Source: a bacterium
Lineage (GTDB): Bacteria > Patescibacteriota > Saccharimonadia > Saccharimonadales > Saccharimonadaceae
Assembly (NCBI GenBank): GCA_021779755.1
Contig: JAJYAA010000001.1
Coordinates: forward strand, 1-41,212
Direction of reading: 5' to 3'
DNA: 41,212 bases
Shown: positions 26,986 through 35,243 of the stretch, in pieces
Position numbering within the stretch: the first letter of the stretch is position 1
Layout of the letters: the number at the start of each line of letters is the position of its first letter
Notes under the pieces: model-generated
Seen by the model: the letters and a program-made list of their open reading frames with translations, nothing else
The model's database searches: none
Told to the model about the DNA's origin: nothing
Translations under genes and position numbers: made by a program

Positions 26986-27014
26986 ACTATACGCCCCTAT
27001 ATATGGACTTTCAA
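26986..27014 (-). promoter_or_regulatory. sigma-70 type promoter of the nrd operon (TTGAAA-17-TATAGT)
   Basis: Minus strand reads TTGAAA gtccatatataggggcg TATAGT. It would give a ~130-nt leader before ATG-26846 (SD GGGGA). Confidence 0.5.
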
Positions 27015-27092
27015 GGTTTCTGGAGTGTATTTTTAACCACAAACGTGATCTAGATCATTTTACACCTTGTAGCGCTGTGTTTGTTTTTTACA

Positions 27093-27108
27093 ACGCTATA
27101 TATAGCGT
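27093..27108. promoter_or_regulatory. perfect 16-bp palindrome ACGCTATATATAGCGT (NrdR-box-like)
   Basis: Perfect dyad matching 14 of 16 positions of the remembered NrdR-box consensus. It lies upstream of the nrd promoter and 13 nt after the GGDEF gene stop. Confidence 0.4.
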
Positions 27109-27120
27109 GTAGTTCATAAA

Positions 27121-27897
27121 TTATATCGAGTACTCTATAGTACCGCCATCACCAGCCTTTTTCTTTTGCTGTTTCTGGGCATACATTAGTGCATCCGGTC
27201 CGTGTAACAAGTCCTTCAGGGGTACGGTAGTCGCCTCACGATAACCATATACAACACCTCCAAAAGAGAACTGCATATTAGATAACGCCCTATTTAATCT
27301 ATTAATGGCCCCTTCATTATCGGGACCAATCTTTACCGATTCATGCAACCAGGCTTTTATACGATCAGGTAGATCTTGTATATATGCATGAATGTCAAAT
27401 ACCGACTCACTATCCCCCAGAGTAACACGCCTGTCGCCAGGGATGGCCAGCACAAACTCATCGCCGCCGAAACGAGCAACGAGATCATCCGTGCGCGTCA
27501 CATGACGCAGGGCATCAGCCAAGTACCTGATCGCCTGGTCGCCCACTTTATGTGAAAATTCATCATTAAAGTCGTGCTTCAAGTTATCGATATCGACGTA
27601 GATAATACCGATTTTAGCATCGGTGTTATCTTTGTTCTGTTCCCGCCACGTAATAAACTTTTTTTCAAAGCCGCGCCTGTTCAAGAGACCTGTCATCGGC
27701 TCGGTGTAAACTTTCTCTTGTAATTCTTTGTTTTGGACTGCCAATCGTGCAGCTAACTCAGCTAATTGACCGATGGCCTCTGCGTGCATACTCGGATCCA
27801 ACGCCTCAGCAGTAACAGCTCCGGTCATTAGTGCTTCGACGACGTCGAATTCTGACAGGTGGTCGTGGGGTGTAATATCTCCTGCTGTATCTGTCAT
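27121..27897 (-). CDS. GGDEF-domain diguanylate cyclase
   Basis: LTGLLNRRGF, intact GGDEF motif and an RxxD I-site 5 residues upstream (RTDDLVARFGGDEF). Short coiled N-terminus with no recognisable sensor domain. Confidence 0.85.
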   Translation of the reverse strand: MTDTAGDITPHDHLSEFDVVEALMTGAVTAEALDPSMHAEAIGQLAELAARLAVQNKELQEKVYTEPMTGLLNRRGFEKKFITWREQNKDNTDAKIGIIYVDIDNLKHDFNDEFSHKVGDQAIRYLADALRHVTRTDDLVARFGGDEFVLAIPGDRRVTLGDSESVFDIHAYIQDLPDRIKAWLHESVKIGPDNEGAINRLNRALSNMQFSFGGVVYGYREATTVPLKDLLHGPDALMYAQKQQKKKAGDGGTIEYSI

Positions 27898-27996
27898 GGT
27901 GTAATTTAGTTATATCAGATTGTTGTTAAATGGTCTACTTGCACATCGAGCCCTCCAGAATCCCACAGGCTTGTATCCTAAAATCGCAGTCAATTT

Positions 27997-28022
27997 AAAA
28001 GGCGACCGAATGGTCGCTTTTT
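27997..28022. terminator. hairpin terminator after the tRNA-like repeat copy
   Basis: aaaag-GCGACC-gaat-GGTCGC-ttttt. Confidence 0.6.
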
Positions 28023-28026
28023 AAAT

Positions 28027-28050
28027 TGGCGGAGAGAACAGGATAACGCT
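28027..28050 (-). pseudogene. degenerate duplicate of the 3' part of tRNA-Ser (T-arm deleted)
   Basis: Minus-strand AGCGTTATC-CTGTTCTCTCCGCCA compares with the intact gene's ACGTTATC-GCAGGTTCGAATC-CTGTTCTCTCCGCCA. The 18-nt run tggcggagagaacaggat is identical at 28027 and 28204. Confidence 0.6.
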
Positions 28051-28107
28051 CCGCTCCTCCGCTCATTCGTGAAAAAATGTAAACACTTTTTCACTTCACT
28101 CACTTCG

Positions 28108-28152
28108 CCGAACCTTGCGACACTTTTGCTCCGCAAAAGCCGCAGGTTCGGG
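28108..28152. repeat. long imperfect hairpin in the spacer between the tRNA-Ser gene and its partial copy
   Basis: Arms ccgaaccttgcgacacttttgc and gcaaaagccgcaggttcgg with loop tcc. The right arm resembles the tRNA-Ser T-arm sequence gcaggttcg. Confidence 0.5.
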
Positions 28153-28167
28153 TACTGTTCTACGTTA

Positions 28168-28203
28168 TAAAAATATGCCAGCCAAATGGCTAGCATATTT
28201 TTA
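28168..28203. terminator. hairpin terminator immediately 3' of tRNA-Ser
   Basis: aaaaatatgccagcc-aaa-tggctagcatattttt. Confidence 0.6.
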
Positions 28204-28293
28204 TGGCGGAGAGAACAGGATTCGAACCTGCGATAACGTTGCCGCCATACACGCTTTCCAAGCGTGCGCCTTCAACCACTCGGCCATCTCTCC
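28204..28293 (-). tRNA. tRNA-Ser (anticodon GGA), CCA encoded
   Basis: Reverse complement GGAGAGATGGCCGAGTGGTTGAAGGCGCACGCTTGGAAAGCGTGTATGGCGGCAACGTTATCGCAGGTTCGAATCCTGTTCTCTCCGCCA. It has a 7-bp acceptor stem, anticodon loop TTGGAAA, a long variable arm and a GTTCGAATC T-loop. Confidence 0.9.
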
Positions 28294-28437
28294 GTAATAT
28301 ATATTATTCTACCAGGTGTAGCTAGGGCGTGCGCCTATCGCTCCATTCAATACTTTATTTTAACAGAGGTTGTATAAAACACGCCACTAATGAGGTTGTC
28401 GGATAGCGGACGCCACATCATAATATATATCAAGACA

Positions 28438-29262
28438 ATGCCAGATACTCAAACGCCAGTTATTGAACTCCGCAGCCTCAAAAAGAGGTTTGGTATTGGC
28501 GATGCCGAGCATTACGCACTTGATGGAGTAGACCTCAGGATCGAGCGAGGAGAGTTCGTTGCTGTCATGGGCCCAAGCGGTTGCGGCAAAACAACACTTT
28601 TGAATATAATTGGACTACTTGATCGCTCGACAGACGGCGATTACAAACTTGATGGCATAGAAGTTAGCACCATTAGCGCGCACCGCCAGGCCAGAATCAG
28701 AAGTCATCAAATTGGTTTTATTTTTCAGAGTTTTAATTTAATATCACGCTTAAACGTCATAGAAAACGTAGCCCTTCCGCTAACATATAAGGGCATAACA
28801 CGCACTAAACGATTAATCGCCGCTAGTAAAATCCTACGAACCTTTCACCTAGAAGAGCGTGAGTATTATATGCCACACCAGCTATCGGGTGGCCAGACAC
28901 AGCGCGTCGCCATAGCTCGTGCCCTCGTTAATGAACCGTCAATTATCCTGGCCGATGAACCAACCGGCAACCTGGATTCACGCTCTAGTCACGTCATTAT
29001 GGAGGAACTGTCTGACCTACATAGGCGCGGCAATACAATTATCATGGTGACTCACAACCCTCGCTTAACTAGTTACGCCAGCCGAGTGATTACCATGCTC
29101 GATGGGCGCATAGATAGTGATACAAACACCCTAATCGACGAGATAAAGGCGCCGATATCCGAAGCGGCTGCGCCAGCACATAGCCCTAAAAAGCATAAAA
29201 AAACAAAAGGTCACCACAGTAAGTCCCGCTATCGAATACACATTGGCCGGAGGAAAAAATAA
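28438..29262 (+). CDS. ABC transporter ATP-binding protein (MacB/LolD-like) with basic C-terminal tail
   Basis: Walker [10 protein letters not shown], signature LSGGQTQRV, Walker B IILADEPT. Start set at ATG-28438 ([14 protein letters not shown]...); the track start at 28390 adds 16 aa. Confidence 0.9.
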   Translation: MPDTQTPVIELRSLKKRFGIGDAEHYALDGVDLRIERGEFVAVMGPSGCGKTTLLNIIGLLDRSTDGDYKLDGIEVSTISAHRQARIRSHQIGFIFQSFNLISRLNVIENVALPLTYKGITRTKRLIAASKILRTFHLEEREYYMPHQLSGGQTQRVAIARALVNEPSIILADEPTGNLDSRSSHVIMEELSDLHRRGNTIIMVTHNPRLTSYASRVITMLDGRIDSDTNTLIDEIKAPISEAAAPAHSPKKHKKTKGHHSKSRYRIHIGRRKK

Positions 29263-30494
29263 TGCGCTCCCTGATGATTAATCACATCCAAAACGCCAGA
29301 CAATCACTTCGCAGTAATCGCCTGCGCAGCTACCTTACTATGCTTGGCGTTACGATTGGCGTGGCTAGTGTGACGGTTATTTTGTCTCTCAGCGGTGGCG
29401 CCAGCCAGGTCGTTAGTAGTCAAGTTGACGCACTCGGCGGTAACATTGCCGTCATTCGTCCCGAAGCCGCGCAGAAAAACACCGTGCCCAATCTGACACA
29501 AATTACTTCACAGCGAGATTTTTCGGCCAGTACCTTGACCGAGCACGACCTCAAGCTAATAAAGGCCATCCAGCACGTTGACCAAGCTGCTCCACTCATG
29601 GTCCTAGGTGGAGCTATTAAAGGCGAGAAGCTAGCTCCCGCCAACAGCACGATAGTCGCGACAACACCAGAGCTAGCTACTATTAGCAAGCTGGTTGTTG
29701 CAGATGGCCAATTTTTATCAGATGATATCAACCAAAACACGGTAGTTATAGGTGATCAGCTATCGATTAATGTCTTTGGCACAGATCGGTCACTAGGTAG
29801 AGCTTTAACTATTCGAGGCCAACCATTTACAATCGTAGGTATTCTCAAGCGCCTGAATAACCCGATAAACTATAACGCCGTCGATTTCGATAACTCCGTA
29901 ATTATTAATTACGAAAGCGGTAAGCAGCTAGGACAAATTACGCCTCAGATTCAACAAATTGACGTTCGCAGCGATTCCGTTAACAACCTAGGGCAGGCAA
30001 TCATCGATATCAATAAAGTTCTGTCGACTAGCCACAATGGCGAAAACGATTTTACGGTACTAAGCGGTAGTCAAATTGCCCAGCCGACAAGTCAATTATT
30101 CTTCGCGATGGCCGGTGTGACGACAGCTATCGCCGCCATTTCACTACTGGTTGGAGGTATCGGAATTATGAATATTATGCTTGTTAGCGTTGCCGAACGA
30201 ACGCGCGAAATTGGTATCCGCAAGGCTCTTGGGGCTAACAATCAGGACATCATGTCTCAATTTATGATCGAATCGATGGCTATAGGACTGGGTGGTGGCA
30301 TAACCGGCTATTTGGTTGGCTATCTAATATCATATGGTATTTGTTCATTCCTGCCTTTTGAACCCGTTATTACCTGGCAAATTGCTGCAACGGCCGCCTT
30401 TATATCAGTTGTCATGGGGACGGTGTTTGGCATATACCCAGCACTCCGTGCTGCCCACAAAGACCCTATTGAATCGCTACGCGAATATAGTTAA
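29262..30494 (+). CDS. ABC transporter permease (MacB/FtsX family)
   Basis: N-terminal TM helix, large extracytoplasmic domain, and a C-terminal FtsX-type 3-TM bundle (ERTREIGIRKALGA). TAATG coupling to the ATPase gene; SD GGAGG. Confidence 0.9.
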   Translation: MRSLMINHIQNARQSLRSNRLRSYLTMLGVTIGVASVTVILSLSGGASQVVSSQVDALGGNIAVIRPEAAQKNTVPNLTQITSQRDFSASTLTEHDLKLIKAIQHVDQAAPLMVLGGAIKGEKLAPANSTIVATTPELATISKLVVADGQFLSDDINQNTVVIGDQLSINVFGTDRSLGRALTIRGQPFTIVGILKRLNNPINYNAVDFDNSVIINYESGKQLGQITPQIQQIDVRSDSVNNLGQAIIDINKVLSTSHNGENDFTVLSGSQIAQPTSQLFFAMAGVTTAIAAISLLVGGIGIMNIMLVSVAERTREIGIRKALGANNQDIMSQFMIESMAIGLGGGITGYLVGYLISYGICSFLPFEPVITWQIAATAAFISVVMGTVFGIYPALRAAHKDPIESLREYS

Positions 30495-31531
30495 ACCAAT
30501 TCTTGTTTGAGTTTCTCGATCAAGTTTACTGGTGTTGGATCGACGTTATTGAGAATTGCTACATAGATACTGGCAAAGTCGGCCAAAATACTGGCCCATA
30601 ATAATTGCGCAATCACTGAGTCACCAGCCAAATTAATGACCGTCGACTTTGGCCTCATACCACTCAACAGTCTATCCGATATCTCAAAACGTTTCAGGAT
30701 CTGAGGGTGTTCAAAACTACTCACCAGGTCAAAGATAGCAAACGGCTTTTCAACCGGATGTGATGTCCAGCCTATAAATTCATTGTGGTTAAATTCCGAA
30801 TACTCATTCCAAAATGACACGTTCTTGGCGTTTTCATTCCAGCTAATCTTCCACTTGTAAGCCACCGGCGCTGTTAAAGCACCGCCATAAAATACTGGCG
30901 TCTTGCCAACAGCTTCTAATGCCAGCTGCTTGGCATAATTTCGGTCAGTCGGTACATCAGCACCCCACTTAGCACTTTCGTCCCGCAGCCAACTTGTGTT
31001 CATTTGAATAACATCTAGCTGCTCACGGCCAACTATATCGAAGTTAACCAGCAAACCAACCAATGCCCGCAGGTTATAGATAACAGCCATGCGCGGCTGT
31101 AGTTCAGCTGGTAACGCAACATGTGCGATACGATAACTTGCCGCTGTATCAATTAGTTGTCCACCCGATGCGATAATCCCAATCTGCGCCCCTTTTAGTT
31201 CGGCTTGCTCCAGTGCACTTAACGCCTCTTCGGTGTTACCAGAGTAGCTGCTGGCAATAAATAATGTGTTCTCGCCGATATACGCCGGTACGTCATAGCT
31301 TCTCAGAACCTCAAATGGTATTTTGAGCTGTTCTTTGAGCCAAGCTTTGACGATAAGCGCCGCCAAGGCCGATCCACCCATGCCAGCCACGACGACGTTA
31401 ACAATTGGCCGATGGTCGTTGTCGCCATTCCAAACATCAACATCAAACTCAGCCTGATCACATTCAGCGGCCGCGACCGCCAAGGCCCCGGCAGGGTCTC
31501 TTTGTTTTAGTACATTTTTGTCATCCAACAT
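30491..31531 (-). CDS. bifunctional phosphoglucose/phosphomannose isomerase (SIS domain)
   Basis: VVAGMGGSALAA and SSYSGNTEE SIS motifs. Start ambiguous: ATG-31531 (SD AAGGGG 9 nt upstream) is preferred over the track's GTG-31561, which directly abuts a TATATA box. Confidence 0.8.
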   Translation of the reverse strand: MLDDKNVLKQRDPAGALAVAAAECDQAEFDVDVWNGDNDHRPIVNVVVAGMGGSALAALIVKAWLKEQLKIPFEVLRSYDVPAYIGENTLFIASSYSGNTEEALSALEQAELKGAQIGIIASGGQLIDTAASYRIAHVALPAELQPRMAVIYNLRALVGLLVNFDIVGREQLDVIQMNTSWLRDESAKWGADVPTDRNYAKQLALEAVGKTPVFYGGALTAPVAYKWKISWNENAKNVSFWNEYSEFNHNEFIGWTSHPVEKPFAIFDLVSSFEHPQILKRFEISDRLLSGMRPKSTVINLAGDSVIAQLLWASILADFASIYVAILNNVDPTPVNLIEKLKQELV

Positions 31532-31623
31532 GTCATCTATCCCCTTACTAGTATTGCTCACCTATATACGTCTATGATACAGTATTTATTAAAGAAGCAT
31601 AAGTATTAATCTCGGGGGTGGGC

Positions 31624-32094
31624 ATGGATATTCAACCGCAAGCAGCAACACAATCAATTAGCGACGACCAGGAGCTTGCTAAAGTTCTGGCCGGAGTCAG
31701 CCAACAAGCTGATGAGACTTTACAGTTCGAAGAAACACCAGCTACCCCTACGATAGTATCGTCACAACCCGCTGCGCCAGCTGAACCTGCTGCTGATCCA
31801 GTCGCGCCAAGCCTACCGACACCTACTGCTGCCGCCTCAATGCCAGCCGCCGACAGTAACCTAGAGGGTATCAAAAAGGATGCTCTGACTGAATTACGTC
31901 CGCTTGTCGACAAGCTCGACCTTGCACCAGATGAAAAGTTTGATACTTACCTGCTGTTAATCCGTAGCACTGATGATAAAGCCCTGATTGCTCCAGCCCA
32001 CGCCGCTGCTCAGGCTATTCCTGACGAAACTCGTCGTGCCCAAGCCTTGCTAGACATCATCAAAGAAATCGATTATCTGTCCGCTCAGAAGTAA
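31624..32094 (+). CDS. hypothetical protein with Pro/Ala-rich N-terminal half
   Basis: ATG-31624 is preceded by GGGGGTG. The track start at 31618 is GTG inside the SD. No family recognised. Confidence 0.55.
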   Translation: MDIQPQAATQSISDDQELAKVLAGVSQQADETLQFEETPATPTIVSSQPAAPAEPAADPVAPSLPTPTAAASMPAADSNLEGIKKDALTELRPLVDKLDLAPDEKFDTYLLLIRSTDDKALIAPAHAAAQAIPDETRRAQALLDIIKEIDYLSAQK

Positions 32095-32106
32095 TAACCT
32101 CCACTT

Positions 32107-32144
32107 ACAACAAAATACCCGCCTAATCGCGGGTATTTTGTTGT
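32107..32144. terminator. bidirectional rho-independent terminator
   Basis: acaacaaaatacccgc-ctaatc-gcgggtattttgttgt (16-bp stem), between convergent genes. Confidence 0.8.
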
Positions 32145-32156
32145 AGCTTAAGGTTC

Positions 32157-33791
32157 CTAGTAACCCATGCCGCCGCCGGGTACAGCCGGCGCTTCTGGCT
32201 CTGGAATGTCGACTACGAGAGCGCCCATAGTCGCAGCCGTCGACGCAATCGATACTGCGCTCTGGACAGCCTCTTTGGTAACGCGAGTTGGGTCGATTAC
32301 GCCAGCTTTTTTAACATCAATTAGACCCAGTTCGGGATGATTAACATCCACACCAAAGCCGGTTTTGCCAGCCTCGACTTGCGCCAGTAATGCTTCGCTC
32401 TTCAGACCAGCATTTTCGGTAATCTGCAAAAATGGCTGTCTCAGAGCATTCTTTAGAATTTGACGTCCGGCATTAATCGAATCACTACCGTCGGCCACAA
32501 TTCCAGCTGACAAGTTTACAAGCGTCACGCCACCGCCAGGAACAATCCCGCCAGCCAGCGCCGCTTTGGTAGCTGCTACGGCATCGTCAACGCGGTATTT
32601 CTTTTCGTCAATCTCGGTTTCGGTGGCACCACCGACTTTAATAACCGCAACCTTACCGCTAAGTGCCGCCGAGCGCTTGTTTAGCTGCTCTTTGTCATAC
32701 TCGCTGCTAGCATTATCAGCCTGAGCGGCGATTTGTGCGATGCGTGCCTTGACGTCCTTGGCCAAGCCCGCACCCTCGATAATCGTGGTTGAATCCTTGT
32801 CAACAATCACCTTGCGCGCCGTACCGACTACATCAAGTTCAGCTGTTTCAAATGTCAGGCCTTGATCGGCGCTCACTACAGTCGCACCAGTCAGCACTGC
32901 AATGTCATTTAATATATCCTTGCGGCGATCACCAAAGGCTGGTGCCTTAATAGCGACAGTATTAAATACACCCTTTAGCTTGTTGAGCACCAGTATACTG
33001 AGCGCCTCACCCTCAACCTCGTCAGCAATCAGCACGACGTCTTTTTTGCCAGCTGCAGCTAACTTTTCAAGGATCGGCAACAGCTCCTGAACGTTGTTGA
33101 TTTTTTTGTCAGTAATTAGGATTGCTGGTTTCTCATAAACTGCCTCTTGGCGGTTCACGTCGGTAATAAAGAATTGACTAACAAAGCCTCGATCAAATGT
33201 GAAACCCTCAACTACTTCGGCCTCTAGTTCCAGACCTTGGCTAGCCTCGACCGTTACGACGCCGTCCTTGCCGACCTTTTCGATCACGTCGGCAATTAAT
33301 TTACCGATGGCCGCATCGCCAGCACTAATCGTCGCCACTTCGGCCACGCGGTCAGACTTGCCTTCGATACTCTCACTCAAGCTATCGAGTTTGGCGATAA
33401 CTTCCGCACCAGCTGCCTCGATACCCTTGCGTAGCTCTTGCGGATTGTGTCCGGCTGCGATTAACTTATTAGCTTCTTTTAATATATTGTAAGTTAGGAC
33501 TGTGACCGTGGTCGTACCGTCGCCAACTACCTTGTTAAGTTTACTAGCGGCTTGTTTGATTAATTCAGCGCCGACTTTATAACCCAAAGTTTCATCATCA
33601 ATCTCAGGCAAGTCCAACGATTCGGCCACCGTAACCCCATCGTGAGTCACAGTTGGTCCACCGTAGCCCTTGGCAATCACAACATTGCGTCCTTTTGGTC
33701 CAAATGTTACTTTTACTGCATCATACAGTACTTTCGCCCCGCCAAGTACACGCGTACGAGCGTCATCATCATAAAAAACTTTCTTTGCCAT
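32157..33791 (-). CDS. groL: chaperonin GroEL
   Basis: AKKVFYDDDAR..., GPKGRNVV, DGTTT, and a C-terminal GGGMGY tail. Confidence 0.97.
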   Translation of the reverse strand: MAKKVFYDDDARTRVLGGAKVLYDAVKVTFGPKGRNVVIAKGYGGPTVTHDGVTVAESLDLPEIDDETLGYKVGAELIKQAASKLNKVVGDGTTTVTVLTYNILKEANKLIAAGHNPQELRKGIEAAGAEVIAKLDSLSESIEGKSDRVAEVATISAGDAAIGKLIADVIEKVGKDGVVTVEASQGLELEAEVVEGFTFDRGFVSQFFITDVNRQEAVYEKPAILITDKKINNVQELLPILEKLAAAGKKDVVLIADEVEGEALSILVLNKLKGVFNTVAIKAPAFGDRRKDILNDIAVLTGATVVSADQGLTFETAELDVVGTARKVIVDKDSTTIIEGAGLAKDVKARIAQIAAQADNASSEYDKEQLNKRSAALSGKVAVIKVGGATETEIDEKKYRVDDAVAATKAALAGGIVPGGGVTLVNLSAGIVADGSDSINAGRQILKNALRQPFLQITENAGLKSEALLAQVEAGKTGFGVDVNHPELGLIDVKKAGVIDPTRVTKEAVQSAVSIASTAATMGALVVDIPEPEAPAVPGGGMGY

Positions 33792-33800
33792 ACTATACTC

Positions 33801-34064
33801 CTATACCGTCGCCAAGACGTCTTCTTCTTTTACGATTAAGTACTCTTTGCTATCAATTTTTAGCTCGGTGGTTGAATATTCTTTATAGACAATCTTGTCA
33901 CCAACTTTCAGTTGTGTAACTTTTGGTCCGACAGCGACAACTTGCGCTAAAACTGGTTTCTCTTTGGCGTTATCTGGCAAAAAAATGCCGCTTGCAGTCT
34001 TTGTCTGCGCCTCTTCGCGCACCGCAACAACACGATCTGCCAGAGGTTTAACTGGTGAAGTCAT
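33801..34064 (-). CDS. groES: co-chaperonin GroES
   Basis: KPLADRVVAV...TASGIFLPD...VVAVGP...GDKIVY. SD AAGGAGG. Confidence 0.9.
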   Translation of the reverse strand: MTSPVKPLADRVVAVREEAQTKTASGIFLPDNAKEKPVLAQVVAVGPKVTQLKVGDKIVYKEYSTTELKIDSKEYLIVKEEDVLATV

Positions 34065-34093
34065 TTAGTAATCCTCCTTGTTTTTGTAATACT

Positions 34094-34122
34094 ATTGTAG
34101 ACAATAAAATTAGCACTTGCAA
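34094..34122 (-). promoter_or_regulatory. groES-groEL promoter (TTGCAA-17-TACAAT)
   Basis: Minus strand reads TTGCAA gtgctaattttattgtc TACAAT. The -35 lies inside the CIRCE spacer. Confidence 0.55.
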
Positions 34123-34136
34123 GGCCCGAGTGCCAA
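34110..34136. promoter_or_regulatory. CIRCE operator (HrcA binding site)
   Basis: TTAGCACTT-N9-GAGTGCCAA, against the consensus TTAGCACTC-N9-GAGTGCTAA. Confidence 0.8.
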
Positions 34137-34174
34137 AAATACACGTCCTCATACTTACAAAAACAATCTTGCGG

Positions 34175-34180
34175 TACAAT
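34175..34180 (+). promoter_or_regulatory. -10 box TACAAT, 8 nt upstream of ATG-34189
   Basis: Plus strand reads TACAAT agaatgta ATG. No SD. Confidence 0.4.
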
Positions 34181-34188
34181 AGAATGTA

Positions 34189-35223
34189 ATGATTGCGCGA
34201 TTCGCTACTCAACAAGAAATTGCCGACTGGAATAAGCATATTATTGCTAATCCAGACGGCGGTAACGTCTTTGCCAGTTACGAATTTGCCATGCAAAAAG
34301 AAACTGGCGGCTACAAAGCGCATTTCGTATTTGTCGGCAACGTGGCAATTACAGTACTTGAAAAGACCGTTCCTGTCCTAGGTAAGTTGTGGTACCTACC
34401 AAAAGGCCCTGAAGTAACATCGTCAAAAGACCTTTTTGATATTCTCAAGCCGTTGCAGGCCTTGGCTATGGAACACAATGTTTTTGCAATTCGCACCGAG
34501 CCAGAACTGAGCCGTTCGGTCGAGCCAACCCTGGCGCGCCATGGCCTGGTCAAAACTCAACCGATTATCCCCAACCCGTCGACAATTACACTCGACGTTA
34601 GTCCGAGCCTCGATGACATCTTGACCGGTTTACCGCAAAAAGGTCGTCACGCTATCAGGCGTGCTCAACGCGACGGCGTCACAATCGAGGCTGTCAAAGC
34701 AACCAACAAGAACTGTAAAATTATGTATCAACTATTAACCGAAACCGCTGAGGGCCAATTCGGTATTCGTAGTTATGACTACTTCCGTACTTTTTGGCAA
34801 AGATTCGAAGCGGCCGGTTCAGGCCAACTATTCTTTGCCTACTTCGATGACAAAGTTGTCGCCGGCGCCTATGCTATGACTTACGGCAATAAAAGCACCT
34901 ACAAAGACGGCGCCAGCGTGCGCAAACGAACGGCTTACGGCGCTAGTCACCTATTACAATGGCACGTCATTAGATGGGCCAAATCACAAGGCTCAACCCT
35001 GCATGACTTTTGCGGCTCGCCGCCAAGTGACCAAATTAACAATGCCCAGCACAAACATTACGGCGTCGGGCAATTCAAAACCGCCTTCAATAAAACCGTC
35101 ACCGATTATGTCGGTTGTTACGACATGGTGCTGCAGCCAACTAAATATGCCATTTGGTCAAAACTAGGCGAACGTGTCGCCAAGCGACTGCATTATTACA
35201 AACATCACGATTCATATTATTAG
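34189..35223 (+). CDS. FemAB-family peptidoglycan bridge-formation aminoacyl transferase
   Basis: Length, the twin GNAT-like layout and the motif run (GRHAIRRAQRDGVTIE..., AYGASHLLQWHVIRWAK) resemble FemX/FemA/MurM-type enzymes. Confidence 0.75.
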   Translation: MIARFATQQEIADWNKHIIANPDGGNVFASYEFAMQKETGGYKAHFVFVGNVAITVLEKTVPVLGKLWYLPKGPEVTSSKDLFDILKPLQALAMEHNVFAIRTEPELSRSVEPTLARHGLVKTQPIIPNPSTITLDVSPSLDDILTGLPQKGRHAIRRAQRDGVTIEAVKATNKNCKIMYQLLTETAEGQFGIRSYDYFRTFWQRFEAAGSGQLFFAYFDDKVVAGAYAMTYGNKSTYKDGASVRKRTAYGASHLLQWHVIRWAKSQGSTLHDFCGSPPSDQINNAQHKHYGVGQFKTAFNKTVTDYVGCYDMVLQPTKYAIWSKLGERVAKRLHYYKHHDSYY

Positions 35224-35243
35224 AACTTTCAAGGAGTCACTTA

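Noticed and set aside
27990-28297. ORF-track entries 27990..28196 (-) and 28115..28297 (+) as protein genes.
   Set aside because: They run through the tRNA-Ser gene, its partial duplicate and three hairpins. They have no RBS or -10 at the proper distance, and their translations are Arg/Leu/Ser-rich.
34048-34323. 91-aa minus-strand ORF spanning the groES upstream region.
   Set aside because: It covers the CIRCE operator, two promoters and the 5' end of the Fem gene, and I see no coding signal in it.
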